From: Cyanophora paradoxa CCMP329 | Taxonomy: Eukaryota > Plantae > Glaucophyta | Assembly (NCBI GenBank): GCA_004431415.1 | Contig: QPMI01000195.1 | Location: 62,001-126,000 of the forward strand | Direction: 5' to 3' | Length of the DNA stretch: 64,000 bases | Shown here: positions 46,396-57,374 of the stretch, one piece after another | How the letters are laid out: every line of letters begins with the position of its first letter | Numbering within the stretch: the stretch's first letter is position 1 | Program-made: the position numbers and the translations under genes | The notes under the pieces: generated by a model | The model's input: the letters and a program-made list of their open reading frames with translations, nothing else | The model's database searches: none | Told to the model about the DNA's origin: nothing

Positions 46396-49300
46396 TAGTT
46401 ATTTGAAAGATTTTTAAAGTGACCTATCGCCCTGGTGTTCACACCATCCTCGCACAGGAATCGCTTGGTATCAAGCGGGTGCAGGGCTTGCTTTGACGTC
46501 TGCTGTAGCCAGATCTGGTGTTGCTTCGATCTGAAGCCGAGAATCCCCTCTACGTTGCATGATTTGCCCCCAAAGATGCAGTCGTAGTATCGCTCTCGTG
46601 TCAGCGAGCTGCTGAACGTCTTGTTAACGCCCTTGCACTTGTGCACTTCTGATTCCTCTGTGCTCATATAGTACGATTTCGGTCGGTTCGCGATCCACTC
46701 AAGCATTTGCCTGCCGCCACACTCGTCCTTGAACAGCCCGGGAACCTTGCCCATCGATCGTAGTCGCTGCACTTCAGCTGCTGGCATCCCCTCGAAGAAC
46801 GGGTGACTCGTAGGGTATTCACTGACATCTAGCTCGCATTTGATTTTGCGAAGGTCCTCGTATAAATTTTCGGTCTCAATCTGAATTATGAGACTGTCTG
46901 TATCTGTTCCAAGTAGCTTAAGCCGCTGGCCCCAGAGCGGTTTGAGCACCTGGTAGTAAAACCGATACATGTGCAGCTTTGACAAATCAAGGATTGCGAA
47001 CCCACAGTAGATCGGTTTGTTGAGTGTGTATTCGCTCTTTCGCTTATTTACGTACACCAAGTTCTCGTCATAGACAGCGACCTGTCTCAAGCGATTTGGC
47101 TCTGTGTTGATTTTCGCTAGTCGTTCTCCTGATGTCACATGCTCGGAATTGCAGTGCTTGCGCACGTTCTCCATCGTTTTCCCAAATACCGCATTATTTA
47201 GTAGCTTGTAGAGATCTTTTTCATACGGGAATTCCGCCTGCTTTCGCTTCAGAGTGTTCAAATCGATATAGCTCTCAAGCCATGCACTTTGCTCGAACGA
47301 AAGCACTCTGTGTATTTTAGAAACAACCATCCCCATCGACACATAAAACTGCAGCACTCGTGCATCCACTACGTAATTCTTCTTCGGCAGCAAGTTTGGA
47401 ACTAGCTTTGGCGTTCTCTCGATCCCGCTTAGTTTTTCGTTTTCAATTGATGCTTGCTGCGTTGCCGATAGGTGCTCTTTTGCAATGCACATGCGCTCGG
47501 GAGCTAGCGGATAATCGCTGAAATACTCGTGCAGCTCTTCAGGGCAATGCATGTCAACCTCCAGAGCGAACCCTCGTGGACCGTTTGCATCAAGCTCGCT
47601 AATATACTGACCAGGGTCGACTCCCTCCTGCAGCTTCACCCAGCAAAACCCTCCTGTAGGAAGTTTCTGTTTCATTGCCAAACCGTACAAATTGTTTGCG
47701 TCGAGATATAATAGCCATGACTTAGGTTTCGATGCATCGAACGAGCTCAAAAAGCAGTTGTTTGCTGCCGCATAGCGTGTTGATATCATGCTGATTCCTC
47801 CCGAATCCCTTTCTCAATAAAGCGGTGCATATCCTCCTGTCCTTCGTGAAACAGCTCCAGTTGCTGGCCAGTGTGTTTCAAAGCTGCTTGCCATGAGAAC
47901 CCAGGAATGCTCATAAAGTAGCTGGGGTCCAGCTTGTACGTCTCCATACACGTGTCCGGTAGTTTTCAAAGACGTCTGCTAGTAAAGCTATGTCTGTCTT
48001 CATGTACTCCATTGTATAATCAGCCATTGTCCTGCAACCAAGCTCACGCCAGACCGACTGAGCGTGGGCATAATCATCCCGAGAGCACTTCGACTGCTTT
48101 AGCTCATTGTAAAATTGGCGGCGCCCTGGTAGTGATGTCTCTGCAAGACGATCCCAGCCAGTAATGTACTTGTATGGATAGACACCCTTGCGCGTCATTA
48201 GTTTGAACCGTGTCTCATCCTCATGCAGTGCACGCGTGATTTTCTTTTTCTCATCAGGTACTGCAGCCGCAAGGCTATCGAGACTGCCCTGCAGGTGCTG
48301 AGCAGAGTCACGGAAAACGTAAATGCCGTATGTGAACTGTGAAATGCGCTCGCTGTTCTGAAACACCTGGTCAAACTTCGTTGACAGTAACTCACGAGGA
48401 CGTAGTGTGCGCTCAAGCCGCTTCCTTGCATTTTTCGCATGATCTGCGCTCAGCTCACGCCCTGCGTATTTGGCTTGAAACTGGCGCTCAACCTCGGCTC
48501 TGAATGCATTTTCGGCGACTTTCCGCCGGTTATAGCCCGCTGCCAGAGCCCTCACTAATAGGTGAAAGTCAAATCCTCGGCCATTGTGAAAGAAGATTGG
48601 CACAGCGGCAGCTTTTGCTCGTCGCCTGTTGCAGGCCCTGCATGCCGCTCCAAGGTACTGCCCAGAATCATGGCAATGATCACGATGTTTATCTTTGCCT
48701 CCTTTGAACTCGCTTCCACACATATAGCACGTTTCTGCTGCCTGAAAGGAGCGCTCTTGCGCCTGCGTAATCTGCATCGGCGCTTCCTCCTCCAAAATTC
48801 CCTTAAACTGCGGCTCCTTTTCATCGAGCCAAGCAATAAATGCCTCTGCAGACTCCTCAGTTGGGCTGCCCATATGCGAGAACCAAAAATGCTCCTGTCG
48901 CCTCGGCTCTGAATTTTCAACGCTGTCTGCAGTTGCATTCGTCCCTTGATTTTGTCCCTTGTTTACTACGACTAAGCAGCCGATCGAAGCTATCGCGTGG
49001 ACTCCTAGCTGCTTCGTCTTTGCTGGACTCTCGGTCTGCAAAACAGGTAGAGTCATTGTTTCCGAGTCAGCATATCCAACAAGCCTTTGCCGAATCGTCT
49101 TCTCGAAGCTGTTGAATTTTATAAAGTGCTCGCCCTTTTTCGGAAGCACATCCCTTGCGTGCTCATCTCGATCAAGGCACCGGTCGTATTTAAGATGATT
49201 TTGAAAGGCCTCGTCTGAGCCAAAGCCGCACTGGCATGCCAGGCAATAGTGCTTCGCATTCGACCCATGCTTTCCAAACAGGCGCGATATGTTCTTTATC

Positions 49301-50430
49301 CACAAATAATGTCCCACATCATTCCCGTCGCCTGCTGGCACGTACAGTATGGGTATAGCATCCGTTGCTGCGCTTATGTGGATTGGAATGACGTCTTGCT
49401 TGTCTAGCGCAGTCGTGTAGACGCAGAGCTTAACATTATTCGCACACTCAAATTTGCTGAACATTTTCGAATCGAGTGGCGTCGGATACGTGAGCATCGT
49501 ACAATCTAGCGATGCCTCGTGCTGCCGATAGCTTCCTGCATGCCTCGAATCCACCCCTGGGGCCAGCGGATTGCGCGCTGCGAGGACAGCATATTTAAAG
49601 CACTCGTTGTTTGGTGCATTGATATTGATCAAGGCCTGCTTCAGTGCAAGCCAGCTTGGAAGTACAAACCCGCGTCCGCGGCCACCCATACGCCTGAAGT
49701 ATCTAATCGCGGTAAAGCGTAGCTTAATCCACGTCTCGAAGGCGGAAGAATCACGGCTCTTTTCCTGCGCAATAGTATCTAGCTCCTCCAGCTGTGAGCG
49801 GATCGCCTCAACAATGTCTGACCCTGGGAGTATGCGGTAAAATTTCCTGTGCTCAATGACTACTGCAAGCGCTGAGTCCTCGTTAGGCTTGCGATAGAGT
49901 CCGACTCCTGAGACCTGCAAAGCTATGCCCATTCGATCCTGACTTGCTAATTCTTGCTGCACGCTCGCAAATGCCACTGCGCCTGCTCTGAACCTCGCAT
50001 TATTTTCGAGCTGCGCCTGCATCGACGTGACTCGGCCTGTTCCACGTGAGGGCCGGTACTCCCAGTCAGCATATGTCCCGTTCAGCGCTGTACGTGTCGT
50101 CACTGTGCCGTCCTCCTCTGCAATTTCAGTTTCGCTGAACTCGCTCACGCTCGGATCGGGCAGCTCTGAAAATCCTGCTACAATCCCCTCAGCAATAGCA
50201 AGCTCTAGCCGTGCAGCTGCAACTGGTCTCGGCGGCCTCGGTACTGTTGACAGCTCGTTCAAAAGTGATGCGTATTTTTGTAGTGTCGGCAGTCGCGTGC
50301 GTGAGCCACTCGCACTGATGCGCTGCAGTTTGTTTCTAAATTGTCCATGAATAAACCTGCGATTGTACAAAACCTCGGCCTGGCCTGCTATCTGCTCTTT
50401 GAGCCGCGCGATCTCAAACCGTCGCTCCAT
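46395..50430 (-). CDS. Protein-primed family B DNA polymerase (~1345 aa) with endonuclease-VII-like insert; two 1-nt frameshifts
   Basis: CFKYAVLA, YADSE, C..C..RDHCH.SG.Y.GAAC..CN, FHNGRGFDFH, RKGVYPY, D..LLADVFE, YLDANNLYG.AM, KLLNNAVFGK, TDTDS, KCKGV; bridging frame YKLDP..PGFSWQA..GIRGG at 47.8-47.96 kb. Confidence 0.95.
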
Positions 50431-51395
50431 TTAACAATAGCGCTCCAAAAGATTTTCAGAGAAAGCGCGCAACCAACCGCTCGTTCCTATAGGGCGGTGC
50501 GATTCCTTTATAACATGTCACTGAGGCACATTGTGTGGTAGATCGCAGCTGGTGCTGCTTGGAAAACTGATAGCTGAGTTGGCGCTCTTGCCGCAGCGAT
50601 GTAAAAGCATACGCAAATGCATTTAAATTCGAATTCTAGTAGCGCTTATAACACTACAGTAAGCAGTCTTAGAAGGCATGACGTTTTGACCCCGTAAACC
50701 ACGGTTCCTCGCGACTGAGATCGAATTGGACCAAGCCGCTAAGTATGCTACAGTTTTATGATCTATAAGTACGAAATCCGCAGCGATCGTGTTCAGGCGC
50801 AGCAGCGTTGCTGAGATTCTTAATCGTCGGGTTTGACGACTAAAATGTATGGCGGCTTGACCTCATCACAGAAGCGCACAGGGCGCCGGCCAAAGCGTAC
50901 GCATGCTTAGTATGATGCGAAAGAACGATAAAACAAGCCTCCAGCGCTGGGCGCCGCAGCAGTTCCGAGCTTTTGAACGTTTTGCCCCGAGACGTTCACC
51001 CTAGCCGGCGTGAGCTTGACGGCTTGGTCTTCGGCTCGGTCTCCGGGATCCGGCTTGGATCCGACTCGGTCTCCGGGATCCGGCTTGGATCCGGCTTGAG
51101 CTTGGCGGACGTGACGCGCGCCGAAAGGACGAGTCTGGAAGCTTCCCGGACGTGACGGCCTGGAAGTTTAGGAAGCTTCTCCGTTCTATAAAGTGTGTCT
51201 CGCGCCGGCCCCGCGCATTCGAAATCTCACTCTCTCAACACCACGCTGGATCCTAAGCAGCCGCGGCAGTTCAAGACTCCCGAGAGGAAGCTAGAACAGA
51301 ATCGGCGCTACAAGAAGTCGGAGTTGGGCAAAGCTGCGAGACAGCGGGAGAACGCGAAGCACAGGGCTAGAACCGCTGCCGCAAAAGCGATAGCT

Positions 51396-52037
51396 ATGTC
51401 GTTGCGTACAGATCTAGAGAAGAGCTTGCTTGCAGAGGCGACCTACGAGCACGGACGCATGGCGACGGACGCGCAGGATCCGGACGCGCCTTCAGCCCTC
51501 GGGAAGCGGGCGCGCGAGGCGGACAATGTCGATGCTCTCCGCAAGGAGCTCGCGGACATCAAAGCAAAGCTCGCTAAACAGGAGCAGCGCAATGATTGTG
51601 ACCGCATTGATGCTGAAATAAGGCAGGCGATTGCAGCTGCTCGTGATGGCTTCAACTCGCAGCACCTAGACTTTCTCTTCAACCTACGCCGTAATTTGAT
51701 GGTACGCCACCGACCGCCTGGCAGTTTAACGCTATCAAATGCCAGCGACACCGCCAGGCAACACGCGAGTCCGCGGGGTTCGCGAAGAACGCGCAGATCT
51801 GGACCGAGTACAACCAACACTGGGCAGAGCTCCTTAAGCTCGTGCGTACCACTTGTTCCATGGCTTTCAGTTATGTTCAGCGGTCCATAACCTGTGCAGC
51901 ATCGACTCTACGAGGAGGCCGACGCGGATCCGGAGGCCAATGCGGATGCGGAGGCCGAGGCAGAGGCCGAGGCAGAGGCCGAGGCGGAGGCCGAGGCGGA
52001 GGCCGAGGCGGAGGCCGAAATGGAGGCCGATACGTAG
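51396..52037 (+). CDS. Predicted two-intron PLV gene ending in an acidic (EA)n tail; start uncertain (frame open from 51195)
   Basis: Introns 51702-51757 (GTACGC..CAG) and 51842-51899 (GTGCGT..CAG) join ..RRNLM|ATRESAGF..ELLKL|HRLYEEADADPEANADAEAE..DT*; TATAAA near 51187. Confidence 0.6.
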
Positions 52038-52058
52038 ATCTAGACCGACGCATCTCCC

Positions 52059-52575
52059 GAGGCCGCACCAGACCGCTCTGGGGGCCCGTACCGCTTGGGA
52101 GGTCGCCCCTGATAGCGCCTAGATAGAGCTCGCCCGCGCTGTGCCTTTCACGTTCGCTCCTGACTGTAAACACACCCAGCTAGTGCTGAACCCGTTTCCT
52201 CAGTTAGCTTCGCTGTACACATCATTATCGCCTAGCTAGCGCTGAACGCGTTTCCTCAGTTAGCTTCTCTGTACACATTAATATCGTCTAGCCTATTCTG
52301 CCCCGTTGCTCTGCAGACCGCGCTCAAGGGGGGCCGCGCTCCTCTTCGTCTCTTCTACTTGATAGCACTGTCTTGAATAGACATGAGCTATTGCTAGGCT
52401 TTGACCTAGGGAAAAGGCCGGCAGACGTAACAAGAGAGCGGGGTAGACGTAACGAGAGAGCGGGGTTGAAGGGAGAGTGGGGTGGACGCTAGGGCTGGTG
52501 CAGCAAGCGAGGGGGTGAGGGGATGGGGGTGGCGGAGAGGGGTGGGCCATCTGGGTGGGCTCTCTCTCATTTTTT
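52059..52575 (-). repeat. Right terminal inverted repeat (517 bp)
   Basis: Ends CTCTCTCTCATTTTTT and is followed by the TSD AACGAA. Confidence 0.95.
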
Positions 52576-52685
52576 AACGAATCGGCTAATATGCATCTTA
52601 CGAAAAAAGGTTTTTCGACCTTTGTTTTTAAACGAGCCTCCAAGGCCATCCATTCAAGCTTAAGAGCCCATTGCTTGCTATTCTA

Positions 52686-52848
52686 CCGTAACACACAATA
52701 TTATGACAGGCAAATTTATGTCGTTATAAAATCCAGCCCTTCTCTGTGCGAAATATGACGCCCACAAATTATGTCGCTCTGTCACTTTTCGGCGACATAA
52801 TTTGGGGTCGACATGATAAAGTGCGTACCTTACTATTCTGTATTACGG
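52686..52848. mobile_element. MITE (Tc1/mariner-pogo type)
   Basis: TA|CCGTAACACACAATA...TATTCTGTATTACGG|TA; internal inverted AATT(T)ATGTCG motifs. Confidence 0.65.
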
Positions 52849-52923
52849 TAACCAAGGGCAGGCCTGGGCAGCCCTCGAGCTCGGAGAGGCTTAAGGGCAG
52901 GCCGGGGCAGCGGACCAGCGGTA

Positions 52924-54162
52924 CCGTGTAACACAATATTAATTCGCACGATATTAGTTCGTTTTTAGACCCGGACCCCGACCATAGTAATTAGTTCGGT
53001 CTCAAATTAATTCGTTTTAGAGCTTTCAGAATTGTGTGGGGGGGGGGGTATATTTTGCTGAAAATTAAGCCTTTGGCTGCCAGCGCAGCAGCGCTGCCAC
53101 GTAATCACACGTCCTCGTTGCCGAACCCGTCCTCGTCGGACTCTGCCTCGTCCTCGCGCTCGCCGTCGTCGGACTCGGACTCGTCCTCGCTGCTAGCTCG
53201 CTCGTCGTCCTCAGCAAGCACGTCGCTGAGGCCGGCGTCGCTGATGTCGTCCTCGTCAACTGCAGCAGCGTCGGGGTCGGCCGCGGGCTCCGGCTCCTCG
53301 GCTGGCGCTGCGGTTGCATCGGCCCACACAGCGTTGTAGAAGCCAGTCTTGCGCCAGCAGCCCTGCACCATCGGCCCGCGGTTCTCGTCGATGTCCTCCC
53401 AGATCTTGCTCAGCCACTCCGATCCGCCGAGCGCTCGCGGGCCTCTCGCAGCTTTCCGAACTTGCAATTGGTCTTGAGCGTGATGATCTCATGCTCCACG
53501 CTCTCCTCGCCGGACACTGTGCTCCGAAGTCCGACGAGGTGCGCCGCCAGCTTCGCCCGCATCTCTTGCTTGATCGTCTTGTTGAATGCCTGGTCAAGTG
53601 GCTGAAGCACCGCTGCGCAGGGATGCTTAGCTACGACGGGCGGGCGGATCCCGCGCGGGAGGCGCACAGCTGCAGCGCGGCGGCAGCCACAGGAGCGTGA
53701 AGCCCTTCTGTTCCATGTAAGCGCTGTTCTTGCGGTGCGAGACGTGGTTGTCGAGCATGACCACGGGCTTCAGGTTCGGGTTCTCGGCGCGCTCGCGGAC
53801 CTGGTCGCGCCACGGGACGAGCACCTTGTCCACTGCGCACGCGGGTCCGCATGAGGCTTGAAAGGTGTGTTCTAAACATTCTCTTACCGAATAGAGCGAA
53901 GGTGTCGGTCGTCTGATAGTGGTTCTTCGAATGGCAGTACACGAAGTGCTTCCCTGCAGACGCCAGCGGCAGGCTCCTCGCTCTGCTTAGAGGCGTCGCG
54001 CTTCGGAGCCATCGCTAAGGCCGACTAGCGCGGGTTCAACTCCGCGCTAAGGGAAGACGGTCCTCAGTAGTTCGGTCTCAAATTAGTGCGTTTTCACGGC
54101 AAAAAACGCACTAATATGGTACCGAATTAATATTATGCGCGAACTAATATTCTGTTACACGG
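52924..54162 (-). mobile_element. Internally deleted pogo/Tigger-like DNA transposon with DDE_1 transposase remnant
   Basis: TA|CCGTGTAAC...GTTACACGG|TA; peptides VVMLDNHVSH, LLWLPPRC, LQPLDQAFNKTIKQ, CWRKTG and an acidic tail. Confidence 0.85.
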
Positions 54163-57100
54163 TAGATCTCAAGGGAGTCAAGCTTAAGGCCGGGCCGGGC
54201 GCGAATTCCAAGGGCAACAAAATGGCCCGGAACATGTACAGCAACGGTATAATCAATATACGGACCGGCACACAAGACGGTCGGTTGCTGAGATCCTCAG
54301 CGCGATGAGAAATTTAAATCTTCTCGAAGGGTTCGCGTCGGAATCGATATCGAATTGAAGCTGAAGGCGACTGGGAACATGAATATTAATTTAGATTCGA
54401 AATGATTCTATATAGCTTGATCGTATAATTAGATTCTCCAAGCATATATGTATGTATGCGAGTATAAAATTCCAGCATTCAATATAATTATAATGCAATT
54501 AACATTGCACCACGTTTACGGTTTCAGTTGGTTTGCGAAATTGGGCGTCACATTTGGGGGAGCTCAATTGCAAGGGGGCAGGGGGGCAGGGGGACCCCGG
54601 GAGGGGGAGGGAAGGGGGGGGGGGTTCAGAACGAAGCGTGCACGTGTGGGGCGGTCGAAGCCGGGAGCTCGAGGGTGGGCGAAGCGGACCGGGGGCGGGA
54701 GGCCCGCCTGAGGGTGGGGCTTTTCGTGCAGCGTGTTTTACGCTTGGCGGCCGGGTGTGGGCCGGGGGGCGGGAGGCCGGGCTGGCGAGGGCAGATTGAC
54801 GTCCTAAGAAAACTGAAGGTCGACGTCCTAAGAAATTGAAGGGGGACGACAACTTTGACGGATGGCCGGCTCTGAAGGCGGACGACTGTCAGTCGCAAGA
54901 ACGGCGCCAGGACAGCTGCGAACTCTGGTCCGACGGTCACGCAAGGATTTTATTCCTTAATTTTGTCGCTGTAAAGCAAAGCGATCGTGTGCACTATATT
55001 CCTAGACAAGATCGATTTCAAGCGTCTGTCAACTCCAGATGCAGCTGCGCACGCAGCGTCTGTCAACTCCCGTATCCGCATTCCGCTCTCGCAGGTCTTC
55101 TACGTGCACGCGGTGCTTTTAACAATTTGGGCCCCGTGCGCGCCCACCTTGAGCTCCGGATCCGCGCCCGCTTCGTCAACATCGATATCGTCCCAAAGCT
55201 CACCCTAGCTCGTGCGTCCCAAATGCACTACTTCTACTGCCACGAATTTGCATCAACTTGCAATTGCTTATCATAGTAGTATTACAGTCTGCGAAGCATT
55301 GACTTTAATATTTAATTACATAGCATGAAGTTGCCATCTAGTGTACTGCGGTAGCTACAGAACCAGTATGTGCATTTGTGTCTTGTCTCTCCGAAGGGTA
55401 AACTATACATAAAGCTTCGAATTCTCTGCATGCTACTAAGTATATCAGTATTTGTTACGTAAACCTCGGCCGCGGTAATATGAAAATGGTTTGGCAGCTA
55501 CAGACTGGGGCCGCGCCTATATAGCTACCTCAAGCTCGAGATCTGTAGCTGTACTGGAATCGAAACGTTTGCACTGCAGGCTGCAGCCGCAGCTACGAAG
55601 ATCGAAGTCGAGCTCTACAGCGCTGTGCGAGTAGCTTCTCCATGCGGTTGTGCAGCGCAAAGCGAAGGAGCCCCTCGGGGGGCAAACGGGAGCCGGCCGA
55701 CGTGGCCCCCGGGGCGGACGCAGGCCGGTCGCGTTCCAGGCACGGTTCCGGCGTCGCCGGGCGCGTCTCGACAGCCGCAACGGGATCCGGAGTCGGAAGA
55801 GCAGATCTAGAGGAATCGACAACGGCGTCGCCGTCCACGGCCACGGAGCTGTGGCGCCGCACGCAGCGGGCGCGGCGGGTCGAAGCCTCGACCAGCTTCT
55901 GGAGCGCGGACATGACTCCTTTCGGATGGCAAACGCCGAGCTCCACCTCTGACATGACGTGAGTGAGTCTCGATCAGCGCACGCGTGCATTAGGAAACTG
56001 TGAATTCGACTCGGCGAACAAGTAGCGGCCGCACGCGTCGCGCACCCAACCAAGACCGAATGACGAAGTTGCAGCGGTTCCTCGAACTTGCCGTCGCGCC
56101 ATCGATATCGCGATTGCAATCGGGAGAAACAGGCTTCGTCACAGCCTGCGTATTCAGGGTTAACTTGTTTTTTAACGGCCCCGGAATATGCGATATTCAG
56201 GATGCATGCGCATGCACAGGAGTAAGAGGCGATGATTTCGCACCACGAGAAAGCAAGCGAGGAAGAGGTGATCTAGGTCTACATCGCCTTCCAGGCCAGC
56301 GTCCAGCGCCAGGAGGCGTATGCCGGTAAAGAATCCGCTGCACTCGAGCTTCGCGGCCCAGAACTTGGACACGCTGATCACCGCCCTGTCGAAAACTTCC
56401 CGCGACATTTGCGTGCCCCCACACGCGTCTGTGTCGACGGCCCAGTTTGCCTGCGCGCGCGCACGTGTGCAAGTCAGCTTCGCATCTTATTCGGTATTAA
56501 TCGAGATCGAGACTTTAGTCGCTCAGAGGTACGGGCTCAGAAACTCGCACCTGTGCGAGTTGCTTGCCGTCGGCGAGGTCCCATGGCACTTTTGGCGGCG
56601 AAATAGCGCGGTGCAGGGCCTGGTGAAGTTTCGGGTCATTGATCATGAAGAACTCGCGCGCATGCAATCTTATGCTAAAAGCGAGAGCGCGAACCAAGTG
56701 GAAGGCCTCGTACGCCGGGAACGAGACGGAGGATCGCGATATCGATGGGATCGATATCGAGCTCGATCGCGAGGCGCCTTCGGCAGCAGGTATTTCCACG
56801 GCGGGCCGGGACGGCTGTGACGGAGATCGCGGGGCAGATCTAGAGATGGTGTGTACGGCTTCCACTCCAACCACTGCGTCCACGGCGACCACGGCTCCCC
56901 ACAACTGACGTCCGACGGTCAATTTCGGCGGCGTCAACGTCATTGAATTCGACACCGGATTTTATTGAGAGGCGCGAATTCGAAAGGGAAAGATGCCCGA
57001 ACCTGGTCGATTATGCCGGACTGCGAAACGCGCATAAGCAGATTAATATTATCCAGCCGGTCGTTATTCCTCTCCTCATTGTACGTGGCTGGACAGGCAC

Positions 57101-57374
57101 ACCGAGGCGGCTGCAGTGCCAGCGCATTTCCCTTCGCTGACGCAGGTTGTGAAACGCTATCCTTGGACGACTTTTGCGCCGACGCGGCCCCGCACGCTCT
57201 TGCATGCGTACGGGATGACTCCGATGGATTTGCAGAGATGATCCGGGGGCGGGAATTCTGCCTTGAAATGCTACGGCCGACTTTCGGCGCTATGGTGCTG
57301 TCGACCGGCGCTGTACATGTGCTGGCTGGAAACGTATGCATGTTGCGTGCGCCTGTGTTGACTTTCATCAGATC

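Larger units (their letters stand above)
24181..52575. mobile_element. Endogenous Polinton-like virus / Maverick-type element, 28,395 bp including a nested LTR element
   Basis: 517-bp TIRs; 6-bp TSD AACGAA (24175-24180 and 52576-52581); empty site at 61670-61675; pPolB, rve integrase, A32 ATPase, MCP and pentons; compact, mostly intronless, visibly AT-richer than host. Confidence 0.96.
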
